DNA of 63,486 bases, filler included. It is 13 parts of 13 records of this genome, joined end to end, with 100 filler letters (N's around TTAATTAATTAA, not from the genome) between each part and the next. Parts side by side here need not be neighbours in the genome. Positions count along the whole stretch, not along the records: positions 28,186 to 33,085 come from SRR9670534_1367; positions 33,186 to 37,410 come from SRR9670534_1368; positions 37,511 to 41,992 come from SRR9670534_1369; positions 42,093 to 44,697 come from SRR9670534_1371; 9 more parts are not named here. One strand, given 5' to 3'. Of the stretch, positions 28,627 to 44,697 are shown one piece after another. The translations under genes and the position numbers were made by a program. The notes under the pieces were generated by a model. It made no database searches. It was not told the DNA's origin and saw only the letters and a list, made by a program, of their open reading frames with translations. How positions within the stretch are numbered: the stretch's first letter is position 1; every line of letters begins with the position of its first letter.

Positions 28627-31600
28627 ATGATACTGTACTTGAAGCATCACTTATCAAATGGGTTTAATTTAGCGACTGTTAATATGATTACCCTTGCCAA
28701 TTCTTTGTCATCTAGTGAAAGAATACCAGTTTGTTCAGCAAATAATTTGATTTTTACAATTGGCAATGGCTGTTTAGTTGCAAAATCACCAGAAGTACCC
28801 CATCTTCAAATAAAAGGCAAAAATCAATTATCTTTTTTAAAATTAAATGTAAATATTGGATGTAAACATAAAAGAGAATCTATGTACATTGGTTTGGCAG
28901 CTTCCACCGGTTCCGTTTTCAACTTGGAACCACCTTCAAGTTCCATTGTACAATACACAACCTTGTTATCTGCTAAGGACACTAATCCTTTCACCTCAAT
29001 TACAACAACCTACATAAAATCATGCTGATCGATTGCGAACATGAGTACAACATAATCATTGATGATAGAACACGCAAAATAGACCAACCTCAATATTAAA
29101 TTGCAAACTAACATGGCTCTTGTGAAAGCTACTATGGAAAATATCTCCGTCACTGCTGACTGATGAATTCCGACTTCTACTAAATGTTCATTCAATTAAA
29201 GTTTATCTACTATATACGTGACAATAAATCATTCACCTTTTTATTTTCACCAATTTACCACCTGTGCCACCACTAGTTCCATCAGCTGGTCCAATTTCCT
29301 TAACTGGCATACTTTCCAAATTTGCTTTGAGCAAGTCAATGAATTGTTTCAGCTCATCTACATACATTGTTTCCATCTCCTTAACCACAAACTTAGGCAA
29401 CAATTTGTTCTAAATATCGTACCTACATTTAGTCACGCCCATAAAGGTATCATAGCCTGAACATTATTAATTAATAAAGTTTGCTGTACCAAAAATTTTA
29501 GATGTCTTTCCAAATAAAATTTATAAAGTTTAAAATAATGTTATGTGGATATGAGGTACACGCATATTACGTAATGCATATCTGTGCGTATAATTAATAT
29601 TATACGCACAGATATAATTAATAATGACTATAATATGACATAATTATTAATTTACTATAATATGACATAATTATTAATTATGTCATATTATAGTAATTTT
29701 ATGTGCTTTGTAGTTTGTACCTATATTGTCATGCGCTCAATCTGTTTGCCCTAGCGTTTTATACATATTTCAAGGAAAATTGCATTTTTACCCGCTTACA
29801 TGTTTTTACGCTTTTAGTATATGTTTTTTTAAAGTATTTTGTACCTGCTTTTGATAGTCTGCATATTTAATTCGTCCATCTAATTCCCTCTTAATAACAG
29901 CCGCTTGTTCATCCCGATTATCGAGCTAAACAGAAGGTATTAGTAATTATTATTGCAGCCCAGTTAGCCTTACGTAGTAGTATTATCATAATAAAAACTT
30001 ATAAATATATGCACAATATATGCTAAAACATTCGTCATGTGACACCATCAGAGGTACATAAAATACCAGTATTGCCTGCCTGACTGACTACGAATCATTC
30101 AAATGAATAGAAAATGAATGAACATCTATGAATGCGTACTTTATTGATTGCTGCAAAATTATCATTTCCAGTAGCAGCAGTAACAACATACATTTGTTCT
30201 TATTAAACATGAAACTAAGACGCTCCTTGTCCTTAAAAGAGGGAAGATGCTGTGTCAAAACCACCATTAATAGGTTCACTACATAACAATAAAGTATTGA
30301 AGAAGAATAATGGGTTTTCTCACGAAGAAAAATTGTATTTTTGATCGTCGCCATCATCAGCAGTTCCCATGGGCCCTTATATCACATGAGGGAATCCCAA
30401 CTAAAAAGACTACCATAGTTTTAGTATATGCTGGCCCATGTCCTTGTTCACCAATTATAGAACAATTTTCCATTGGAATTATGATATAAGTAGTCAATGA
30501 TCCCCTACATTATCATAATAGGCTAATATACAATATAATCATTGTCAGCCATGAAATACCAAAACAATAACCTTAAATTTTCGTCTATTCAATATCTGTG
30601 ATAATGAGTAGACGAATCAACTGAATAATTCAGTCCGAATTATTGTTTTCATTATCACATATACGTAATTATAAATAACAATAGAAAATCTATATGTATT
30701 TGCTTTTTTAATGCAGGTAATTATTATCAAAACATGACTCTACAACCCACACAATAATACCTTTTCCCGAGCGTTTTACAGATCTTGCTCGCTTTTTACG
30801 GATTTATAAGCGATTCATGTAGCTTCATAAAAGGTTTATGCATGCGCCTAAGCATACGAGAAACACTTAGCTAATCATACAATTATTAATACAATAGCCA
30901 AAGGTAACCCAGTTTGCATATGTTCCATTCATACTACCTAATTTCTCATTAAAAACTCGGGTGCATATATACTACTACAACCTAATTTGTCATTAATAAT
31001 TATAGTTATTCGAGCAATACCAACATGTAAATGCTTTACCTGCTCAGCTACTACCCTTACCTACTTAACGTAGCCTCTATATGTACAACATGCATAACTT
31101 ATACATAATAATAAGAAATCGTTTGTAGAGTAGTAATAATAATGCAGCCCACCTGCATTGCACGAAAAACTAGTTGATGTTCATATTTCTTGACATTGAG
31201 AATTTGTTGGAAAAGATCATACAATTGCTCTTTAGACATAACGCTTTCTGATATTGCAGGATTGGGAGGTGGTCCACGTCCTTTTCGTAAACTATCTTCA
31301 GCGCCACTAAAAATAGCGTCGTATTTGGCCATCCACGAACTAAGTACAGTGTCCTTGCTTAGCCCATCAATTTCCGGCATATTTTTAACTCGTCGTTCAA
31401 TATTAATTTTAAAAACTTCTCTAAAGTCATGGCTTGCACAACCACCACCTTCCACCAAAAGAGTCACTCGATCACTCTGCAGAAATGCTTCATGGTAACT
31501 TTTCACAGCTTTACAAAATGCTTCGTCGGCTGTAATGTTGGTATCACCAGAAAGAAATATGGAAAAACGTTCTCGCAACGCTTTCAATAAACTCATCGTT

Positions 31601-32118
31601 ACTTTAAGTTGCCGTTTTGGTAAATCAGTGGGTTGCTTGGCATTGAATGGATAAGCTACGCACCTGGAAGAAAAAACATAAATTTGCATTCTAGTTTTCC
31701 GCTCTTCTTCTTGACGTGCTTCATCATTAGCGTCAGGTTCCTGAGCATTAAGCAAGTTTTGACTGCTCATAAGAGATGGAGCAGGACTGGCAGCTCGTCC
31801 TCCTCCGGAGTTACTAATCTCACCACTAACAACAGATCCTTGTTGCGACATTACAGTCGAATTTCGATGGCTTACTTGATTGGTCTGCAAATTTTGAGAA
31901 CTACCCATTGAGCTTTCCTTACGCACACCATTAAATTTGGGAGATTGAGGTTCTGCATAGTTAACATTATTTTGAAAACCAGTGTAAGGCTTACTGGAAG
32001 AACGATTGGTGCTACCACCAAAGCTAGAACCATCATAAGCTCCAGCAGATGTATTTAAGGAATTATTGTGAAAATCTGGTTCGTCTCCACTATCTTCACT
32101 TGATGAGGATCGTATCAT
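28627..32118 (-). CDS. CADPS: Calcium-dependent secretion activator (CAPS/UNC-31), 3'-partial
   Basis: [13 protein letters not shown] start, [54 protein letters not shown]...[27 protein letters not shown], and a C2 region VVVIEVKGL...[11 protein letters not shown]...WGTSGDF. Confidence 0.93.
29578..29696. repeat. Two adjacent perfect palindromes (17-bp and 22-bp arms) in a CAPS intron
   Basis: ATATCTGTGCGTATAAT-TAAT-ATTATACGCACAGATAT (29578-29615) and TTACTATAATATGACATAATTA-T-TAATTATGTCATATTATAGTAA (29652-29696). Confidence 0.9.
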
Positions 32119-33267
32119 TTCTTTTTGAAGATACAGCAAAACGTTTCAAAGCGTCAAAATTAAAAATAATCCTTGGTGTATTTCACCAAGGCAATTTAAA
32201 TTTTCCAATTCTGCGTCTTTTTACTATATGACGAGAATTCTTCATTCATGACATTCTTCTGTAACTAACCGACGGTAAGCAACATTCTACAATATGTACT
32301 AGGTACCTACTTATGTATTTCTTATCCAGCAATACAATCATTATCATTAGCATTACGTAACAATAAATACAAGTTACCCTATAAATAACATTTTCCATAC
32401 AGCAAATATTACGTACTATGTATGTACATGTTTAATAATACATAGGTACCTATACATATCTATGTACATGTGTGTAGGTATGTACTTTATCACAACATAT
32501 GTACATAGGTACAATGTACATACATGTACATATTACATATGTATGTGTAGGTAAACTCAATGTACACTGTACTAAAAGGCCTACACAATGCAGGCTACAC
32601 TGTGTGAGAGTTTATTTAGTTACTACACATTATAATAGAGTTAATATGAGTTCCATTACAAAGCTCTTACACAGTAACTGTATGTACATAGGCAGGGTAC
32701 ATATATTATACAGTATTATACTATACATATATTGTACATACAGTAATGAATAATCATTTTCGTAAAAATAAAACGTTTTTTAATAATTACCTAGACCGTA
32801 AACTGCCGTACTGTACTATGGGAAATTATGTTCTGTAATGAAAATGTCAATAAATACAAACAACATGCAGTTCTAACACCAAAACGCATGTTGTAGAAAT
32901 TTAATAATTAAGCATAATTCCAAATTTTAGTTCAACTAGGTATGTAGCATATATGTACCAAGGTGTAAGTTATTGTTCATAGGTAAGTGACTTTTATTAC
33001 ATACAATACATATGTATGTATTCATGCATTACTGTACAGGGAAAATTTCCAACTTGCCTGAGCTCTCGTGCATAAAGCATACCCGNNNNNNNNNNNNNNN
33101 NNNNNNNNNNNNNNNNNNNNNNNNNNNNNTTAATTAATTAANNNNNNNNNNNNNNNNNNNNNNNNNNNNNNNNNNNNNNNNNNNNTATACTTAAGTATAG
33201 ACTATACTGTATAGTAATGCATTTAATTAAGCTTTTAAATTTTATTTGAAACTGTTCCATTTTATAG

Positions 33268-34021
33268 TGCAACTTTCGGTGTTCCATTATCTCCACAAGC
33301 TGATACATGTCATACGGCTCGAAACACGTTGCGACTCATTGCTAAATGTAGAGCAGCCTCATTTATCACTACACTAGCCAAGGAGGTTGCTCGCTATCAC
33401 ATGCTGGTTCAAAGTACACCACCCCAGAATTTGCCTTCCCTACAACATGGGCACATTTTAATGAAAAGTCGATTTGAAATCATTAGGATAATGGAAACAA
33501 TAATGGAGCAAATGCCATGGGACGTTACTCATCATCTCATTGAAGCAGTTGATATTGTTATGCATTCTCTAGATCACACAAAGTTAAAAGAAGAAGGAAT
33601 CGCTCAAGTGTTTCCTATTTTGAATACTTTCCCAACTGCCAGCTATTGTAATCAAACCAGAAAACTTGTGGTCGGAGGTTCTACTGGAATGCTGGCAGTT
33701 TATGAACCCAAGCAAACAAAAGTTCAAACAATTCAAGCACATCGATCACCAATTACTGCTGTTGGTATATCCCCAGATGGAAAATTTGTTGCAACTTACT
33801 GTTTTAAGGAATTGAAGATTGTTTTTTGGCAGTTTCAATCCCAAGGGTTGTTTTCAATGGGACCACCACAGCTTAAGTTTATAAAGCAAGAAAATACATT
33901 CAATTTAAATTTAAAGCCTGCTGTGACTAATTCACATAAATTAGCAAAAATTATATGGAGCTCGCACAGATCTCTTAGAATCTTATATTCAAATGGTCAA
34001 GAGGAACGCCATCAAGTTTAG
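33268..34021 (+). CDS. WDR7: WD repeat protein 7 (Rabconnectin-3 beta), terminal exon only
   Basis: FGVPLSPQADTCHTARNTLRLIA...FITTLAKEVARY, IEAVDIVMHSLD and IQAHRSPITAVGISPDGKFVATY match the WDR7 C-terminus. AG acceptor at 33266-33267. Confidence 0.88.
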
Positions 34022-34351
34022 CAATTCCACAACTATCTTTTCTTTCCCATTTCACGAGTGCTTATAGTGTATTATTATATATTGTATTTGTTGTACATGA
34101 TGTGCACTTTGTTCATGTCCGGTTTGATTTCCTCAATAATCATTCGTATTTTGATCGATATTATTTTTCTTTGATTATTATTAATCATAGAGAAATAAAC
34201 ACCTATGATTATTAATAATAAAGATATCCTGTGAGATGAGTGATTTTTCGTGCAAATGACTCATCCATTCATTAGTTTTATTAAGATTGTAATAAGATTT
34301 TTTGTAATATTCCGTGTTGTTATTATTGTATTAACTTGTCATTTGTTAGCA

Positions 34352-35156
34352 ATGATATTGCAAGCTCTTGGTCGAGGAGGAGGAGTAAGTTTTCAAAGCT
34401 ATAAAACGGCAGTGCGGCTGTTTCTGAATTCCATGGAACCGAACACAAAGAAGGTTCTCTTTCAGCAAATTAGAAAGGGAGGAGACCATGGTCCTCGAAA
34501 CATGATTATTGTACCTTCAAGATATACAGATAAAGTATTTTGGGATACAACGGTATGTTCATTTTGTTTTGTTTAATTGCCTACGTTACAAAACCAACAA
34601 ATTTTTAGCACTTATGGACATGTATTGCATTCTTTTTATGGGGAGGTGTCTACACCTACTTTGTACTGAAGGATGGTATGGCTGTTTTATCTGATATACC
34701 AGAAGACTATTATCCACAAGAGTACGAGTATCACAAGGTTTGCTTCTTTTGATTATTATTATATCTTTTAATAATGTAAGCAAAACCTTAGCACCCAGTC
34801 ACAAGATGGATGGCTAAATATATGGTTCCCTGCGAGGAGAAAGTACACGAAACCATGTGCAGTTACTTGGAATATCAACATAAGAGATCAGTGGATGCGT
34901 AAGTTGAAGAATTTCTCTAACATTTGGCGCCATCTTTTTCTATTTCATTTATTACAATAGGAAAATGAGACATAAAGTTAGGGAAATGATGAAGGACTTA
35001 GGAGATACAAAGGCGTGGTATTGGTCACCGTATGACAGAAGATTTGTAGATCATGACTACGAAAAGAGCCTTGATAAGTATTATTGGGGAGGGATCCATG
35101 AAACCCCTTCAATCCACAATAAGGGCTATGAGAGGGATTTCCCACAATCCGATTAA
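34352..35156 (+). CDS. NDUFB5: NADH:ubiquinone oxidoreductase subunit B5 (SGDH); 4 exons
   Basis: Presequence followed by GGDHGPRNMIIVPSRY, one TM segment, then LSDIPEDYYPQEYEYHK|HPVTRWMAKY and KVREMMKDLGDTKAWY. Confidence 0.88.
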
Positions 35157-35351
35157 ATTTTAAGAAATGTAAGATACATAATCTCTTTATTACTACGATA
35201 ATATGTGGCTTTTCCCTGTCATACCACAAAATAGGTTCATCTTATTCCTATATTTTTAAACTTAAGTTTACTTTTCAAACTTAGGTTTAGTTTATTACCA
35301 TCTTTTTAATAATAATAATAATAAAGTCCAGAATAAAAAGAGCTTGGTAAG

Positions 35352-36677
35352 TTACAGTCTTGTTAATGGTGTCAAACCAAGTATTTTCAGAATTTTGTTC
35401 AGTAATAGCCTTGACTTGTGAAAAAGTAATAGCCGAGCTTCTGCGAGTTCTTTTTCTTCACCCTTCACTCGGAATCTTCCCAAACATTTACCAGTAAGAC
35501 GACATAGATTGAAGGCATACTGAACAAGTTCACACGGTTCTAATGATGATTCGATAGAATTTATAATCAATGAAAATTTCGCCATATGTTTAGTTAGTTT
35601 TTGTGCAACTTCTTCATTGATAACTAGGTCCAAGGATGCTGAATTATTGATACTAACTCTGGAATTTCTTTCCAAGCTGCAGAGTCTTGCATGGGTAAGC
35701 TGAAGAAACACACCCGTATCACCTTTGGTATGAAGCATTCTATCCCATGAAAAGTGATAGTCTCGTATTCGCCTTTCCTTTAAATCCCTAACTAGTAGTG
35801 CTGAAACAGCCAATACTTGAGCAGTTTTATCAACATCTTCAGACGATACACGCATAGTTTTGCTCGATAAAATGAACTCTTTCATCTTTTGCCTTGCGGA
35901 AGAAATCAACTCTTCCAATGTTACGACTGAACCTTGTCTAGAACTCATTCCATGAACTAACCCAAATGGCACATGCTCTATTTTATCTGCTAAGTCTTTT
36001 CGACCAATATGTTCTAAAGAATTTTTCAATGCAATAAAATGACTTCTTTGACCATGGTTAACGACATAAAACATTTTCGAAAAGTTGTGCTTTTCATGCC
36101 GAGAAAGACAAGCTGCAACGTCTCGCCCAAGGTAGACAGATGTTGCCGTTCTGGGAGACATCAAATAGTGAATTTTGTTGCCATCGTTACCGTAAATATA
36201 AGCACCAACAGATTTACAAATATCTAGTGCTTTCTCAAAGTAATGTGATTCTTTCTCTAGACTATCAAATTCAATGCCAAGAATGCTGTACAAATTCAAC
36301 AATTCGGCAATTGTTACTTTGGTTGCTAAACGATGGAAGAAGAGTGAATCCATATCGTTTGACTCAAGTCTCTTCAGGTATCCGTCAACTGCCTCCGTAA
36401 ATGCGGGATCCATCAGAGAACCTCGATAACCTTTAGCATAGTTCATACTGAGTTCTTTTAGTGGGTTTTTCAAAAAATTGCAACCAAGCGTCTTCTCTTT
36501 CATTGCAACACCCAAGATACCAAATTGCCTCCCCCAATCTCCAAGATAGCAAGTTTTATGAACTGCATTATTTATTTTGAAAACGTTTGCTAAAACATTT
36601 CCCACAAATGTAGACCGCAGATGTCCAACGTGTAGCGGTTTTGCGATATTTGGAGATCCGAATTCAAAAATGATCAT
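35352..36677 (-). CDS. RARS2: Mitochondrial arginyl-tRNA synthetase (catalytic + anticodon-binding domains); N-terminus missing or upstream
   Basis: EFGSPNIAKPLHVGHLRST (HIGH motif), YLGDWGRQFG, FGLVHGMSSRQG, GDTGVFLQLTHARLCSLE (RARS2-type) and AEARLLLF. Confidence 0.9.
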   Translation of the reverse strand: MIIFEFGSPNIAKPLHVGHLRSTFVGNVLANVFKINNAVHKTCYLGDWGRQFGILGVAMKEKTLGCNFLKNPLKELSMNYAKGYRGSLMDPAFTEAVDGYLKRLESNDMDSLFFHRLATKVTIAELLNLYSILGIEFDSLEKESHYFEKALDICKSVGAYIYGNDGNKIHYLMSPRTATSVYLGRDVAACLSRHEKHNFSKMFYVVNHGQRSHFIALKNSLEHIGRKDLADKIEHVPFGLVHGMSSRQGSVVTLEELISSARQKMKEFILSSKTMRVSSEDVDKTAQVLAVSALLVRDLKERRIRDYHFSWDRMLHTKGDTGVFLQLTHARLCSLERNSRVSINNSASLDLVINEEVAQKLTKHMAKFSLIINSIESSLEPCELVQYAFNLCRLTGKCLGRFRVKGEEKELAEARLLLFHKSRLLLNKILKILGLTPLTRL

Positions 36678-37207
36678 CTACCAAAAAACCTACATACTAC
36701 ATGGTTTTTTAGGTTTTTAGGTAGGTTTTTTAGGTTTTTTACTTATATACATAGTACGTAGTACGTGTAGACTACATGATGTAGTAGTACAATGTACGTA
36801 GTGTAAAATGCTGGCGAAAAATTCAATTTCATGCTATGTATCTTGTATGTACTGTTATTGACCATAAATACATACCTAATTGGCCATTATTAATTAATAA
36901 TACATAATAGGCCATTAAATAATACATACACTGTAATTTCAATTTCAATTTATTGGATTTAAAGTTTTAACTTAACGACAATATCAATTAAGAAAAACTG
37001 ATAAGACGGGGTATAAGAGTTCATACAAATGAGGTACTTATTATTAATAATATGTATAGTAATTACATATTATGTACTATGCACTATGTACTACGGTGCA
37101 TTTGTAAGTGATCCATATAGGTATTGAAAATACGTAACGTAACTTTATGTTACTAACATAGGTGTATGTAATATTACATATATACATTGTTGATACATTG
37201 CACACAA

Positions 37208-37324
37208 TACAAAGTACAGCAGCTTATACTGTTTGTACACTGTAACTTGTTCACTGTACAACGTACAGTGTACCTTGCACACTATACAAAGCACAGCCAC
37301 TTATACTGTTTGTACACTGTAACT
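37208..37324. repeat. Direct repeat, two ~40-bp copies
   Basis: TACAAAGTACAGCAGCTTATACTGTTTGTACACTGTAACT and TACAAAGCACAGCCACTTATACTGTTTGTACACTGTAACT. Confidence 0.8.
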
Positions 37325-37386
37325 CTGGTAGTACACATTTAAACATCATAGTTATGATTATTATTAATAATGATTATAAAACATAC

Positions 37387-37410
37387 TACAGGGTGCCCCA
37401 CAAAAAGTGT
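37387..37410 (+). mobile_element. Probable Tc1/mariner-type terminal inverted repeat start, cut by the contig end
   Basis: TA followed by CAGGGTGCCCCACAAAAAGTGT resembles CAGGGTG-type mariner/MITE ends. The partner TIR is not visible. Confidence 0.4.
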
Positions 37411-37530
37411 NNNNNNNNNNNNNNNNNNNNNNNNNNNNNNNNNNNNNNNNNNNNTTAATTAATTAANNNNNNNNNNNNNNNNNNNNNNNNNNNNNNNNNN
37501 NNNNNNNNNNAGGAAAAAAGTATAGCTTAC

Positions 37531-41150
<3,620 letters not shown>

Positions 41151-41361
41151 CTATACAGATTCATCAATTATTGTACATACATACAACTATGATACATAGT
41201 AGGTTGCAAAATGTAAAGTTAGCGTTTTTGTACAGTAGGAATCAGAGAGTGCGACTTGTTCGTTTTGATATGCAGAATAGTCTCCTTATTTGCGATAAAA
41301 GAAAAATACCAGTTGGTGTTATAAAAGCTTGCTGGATTGTGTTGGTAATACCTTGGTATTT

Positions 41362-41428
41362 ATATGGACTCCAAACATAGAAAACTCAAGGGTTTTGGTA
41401 TGGACTTCAAACATAGAAAACTCAAGGT
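41362..41428. repeat. Direct tandem repeat, two ~29-bp copies
   Basis: TATGGACT(C/T)CAAACATAGAAAACTCAAGG occurs twice. Confidence 0.8.
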
Positions 41429-43502
41429 TTTTATCCTAAGAAGCAATGGGTTCTTTTGACTACCAATAGTTACGTTAATCGCAAGCTTCTACATAACTAA
41501 GCAATCAATAATGCCGAAAATATTATGTTTTAAAACATTACCCTGCTTGTACAGTACAAGTTGTACTATAGTAAGTATTCTATACATTATCCTATCACCT
41601 ACTGTATAGTATACAGTGTATACATTACCCTTATCACCTAAACCTTATCATAAAATTTTATAAAATACACATTTTATAAGACAAAACATTATACATATTA
41701 CTGTATAATAACTAGTGTTCTCTTCTATAAAACTTACATCTATAATAAGTTATTAATAATAACCTAATAATTAATTATTATTAATAACCTTTGCAAATTA
41801 CAAATAGTAATTGCAAATTTACGATTTCAAATGCAAATTCTTTCTCCTTGATATCATTCAATCGGTGGAATTAGAGTAGGTACACCTATTTGCGTTCAAA
41901 CTTTTTAACTGAATTCATTTAGGCAAACTATTATTTAATATGAATCAATTGTCAAAGTATACTTGAATTGTTTCAAAAATAACATAAAAAATNNNNNNNN
42001 NNNNNNNNNNNNNNNNNNNNNNNNNNNNNNNNNNNNTTAATTAATTAANNNNNNNNNNNNNNNNNNNNNNNNNNNNNNNNNNNNNNNNNNNNCGCGGATT
42101 ATATTCAAGGATTTAGGGTAGTGTGTATGTATATATGTACATAATATGTATGTACTAGGTACATTATGTACCTGGACTATATATGTACAGGTACTACATT
42201 AAGTAACCTAGTCTATGCAGTACTACATATTGTAGTTTACATACTGTTACATGAGTAGTAGGTATGAATAGTACTGGCGTTTTCAAAACATTTGATGTTT
42301 TCAAAATACCTATACATGTACTGTCATGGACCATGGTGGTATAAAGTGGTTCATGGTACTGTGCGTGCGTGCTGTATACCTATGGTTGGTATGTTTTTCC
42401 TTTTTGGTGTTGGTATATATACCTACCTGTACATATATAGATACATACTACTGTACTGTTACAGTAATACTGTATATACTATATACTATATAGGTATGTA
42501 CTGCATACTATGTAGTAATGTTACAATCATAATACAGAATAAGGTACGTACCAATGCAGTGTACAATGATTCACTGTCAGTGAACTTGAGAATAAATACT
42601 GGTACTGTACCATATACTAATTTTACATACCTACTATGTAGAACCGTATTGTAAATCTGTAGTTGTTAATAACAGCATTGATGTATTCTAGTATGTATTT
42701 GTTGATTGAAAAATCTTCCAATAGTACAGTGAACTTATTAATGCATAATAATAACAATGCAAATTTTCTTCAATTATATAGATTACTATTAATAATACAA
42801 TACGTAATAGTAGTAAATGTAGGGAAATAAATAATAAGGTTGTTATGATGAATCTCTAAGAAACGACTGATGGGACGAGATATTTATCCATTTGGAGCCA
42901 ATGAGAAATCCTGCCGTGACAACAGTCCGTATGTTATTATTCTATTATTGACAACAACACAAACAACAATAATAATATCATATTATTACTATGTTATTAC
43001 GTACATATTACGTACATATTATACACAAACAACAATAATAATACATATCATATTATTATGCTATTACATATTATACAATATGAATTCATATGAGCTGAGT
43101 AATTCCACGAAAATGTCATCTTTTACCAAAGTTCATATTTTGAGCAAAAGATCATTTATAGCTTTTAATAATAAGGCTTCTTTTACTTTTTTAATTAATA
43201 ATAGTTGAAATTTTTTAGTTTCTCAGATAACAAGGGAAGTATGTAGTACATACTATGTACCTCAACAGGGGGACATTAGAGGCAATATGCAAATATTTGA
43301 AATCTCTCATATAGATTTACTAAAATGAGGGTTGTTCGCTGTCACTGCACTTTTTTTGCGTAAATGTGAATCAGCCTTGCGCACGTACGGTAGCGATTTT
43401 TAGCTCCGCCTTTTCTCAGGAACTAAAACCCCTGGTAACATAACCGTCGTATTATTTGAAAGTTCATTAAATGCGCCCTGAAACATTTGAAAGTATTCAT
43501 AT

Positions 43503-44566
43503 ATGATTATAAAAAAATTGAGTAAAACGTAAGCGCACATAACGCTGGAATTGCCCATATGACATATGGCACATGTACTGTAAAACATAACAACAAGATC
43601 GATATTTTCAATCGTCTAGGTATAATACCAGTGGCAATAATCTCACTGCTACTATCACTAATGGCAATTCGGGAAGACAATCTGTGGTGAATGGAACTCC
43701 TCCATCATGGAAGGATTTACCTGTTTCAAAGCATGCAGCCCACTTTTTAAAGTTATTTGCCGAGAATGATACACTTATTCTAACAGCTGATACTGGAACT
43801 GGAAAAACAACCCAGATTCCAAAAATAATCTACCATTTTGACGACGATCACAAAATTCTTTGTACTCAACCCCGAAGAGTCGCTGCCGTCGCAGTTGCAC
43901 AGAGAGTTGCCAATGAGATAGGATGTAATTTAGGAGGGCTTGTTGGTTATTCCGTTAGGTTTGAGAAACTTTTCTCTTCTTTTACCAAGATAAAGTATGT
44001 AACTGATGGCATGGCTTTACGTGAAGCTGTAGAAGACCCTTTGCTTTCAAGCTATTCTGTATTGGTCATTGACGAAGTTCACGAACGAACCGTTAATACA
44101 GATATTCTTTTTGGACTGGTTAAGAGGGCTCAAGTAAAACGCAGCAAAAAAAACAAAAAATTAAAAATTGTAATTATGTCTGCAACAATGGACCCATCGC
44201 CTTTTCTACGTTACTTTCCAAGTGCAGAATATATCAACATAGAAAGCGAAAATCCGCACGTAAATCTTCTATATTCGCAACAAACGTTTGGTGATAACTA
44301 CGTTTTGGCAGCTTTAAGTACTATTGTGTCTCTTCATAAAACCTTGGATCCTAATGTTGATATTCTTGTTTTTCTTACTGGACAGGAAGAAATAGCAACC
44401 TTATGTCGTGATATAAGGATTTTAGGTACCGATCTTCTTCGTGATTCTGGTGGTATAGCTGTAATTATGCAGCCATTCTATTCTAGTTTGCCATTAAGTG
44501 TTCAAGAACAAGTTTTTTCGCCTACTCCGATTGGAGGTCGAAAGATTATTCTTTCAACAAACATAG
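43503..44566 (+). CDS. DHX33: DEAH-family RNA helicase DHX33-like, 3'-partial (short first exon at 43503 is tentative)
   Basis: DTGTGKTTQIP, TQPRRVAA, LVGYSVRFE, YVTDGM, DEVHERTVNTDILFGLVKRAQ...KLKIVIMSATMD (DHX33-like), ILVFLTGQEEI and RKIILSTNI. Confidence 0.8.
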
Positions 44567-44614
44567 GTATCGACTATTTATTCATTTAAATCACTTTTTA
44601 AAAAAAATAAAAAA

Positions 44615-44697
44615 TGTCATGGGGGTGAGATTCGAACCAACACCAGCTCATTCTCCGTAACTCACTAGTACGGCGACTTCACCCACTCTGCCACACT
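44615..44697 (-). tRNA. tRNA-like element (type II, Leu/Ser-like fold): probable pseudo-tRNA or SINE head, 5'-truncated by the spacer
   Basis: Minus strand: A-box TGGCAGAGTGG, stem CCGTA/TACGG with a non-standard 9-nt loop, long variable region, B-box GGTTCGAATC, 3' ...TGACA, then an oligo-T run. Confidence 0.55.

Noticed and set aside
31190..31911. Plus-strand ORFs overlapping CAPS exon 1 (likewise those opposite SFMBT, HOIP, RARS2 and ARHGAP exons)
   Set aside because: Antisense shadows of real coding exons.
36700..36740. Telomere array
   Set aside because: Only a few irregular T5-6AGG units, internal to a contig.
42093..43210. ORFs 42292-42654 and 42870-43208 (and similar ones at 32499, 59562, 60328, 61161)
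   Set aside because: Y/I/T/C-biased translations of TAC/GTA-rich low-complexity non-coding DNA or antisense shadows, with no motifs.
43325..43440. U6/U4/U5 snRNA-like words (TGCGCAAGG..TGA, GCCTTTT, ATTTTTAG)
   Set aside because: No ACAGAGA box, no GCCTTTTAC loop and no overall snRNA layout. Better explained as the GC-richer DHX33 promoter.
44071..44082. DEVH instead of DEAH in the helicase
   Set aside because: DExH variation is common and all catalytic residues are retained.
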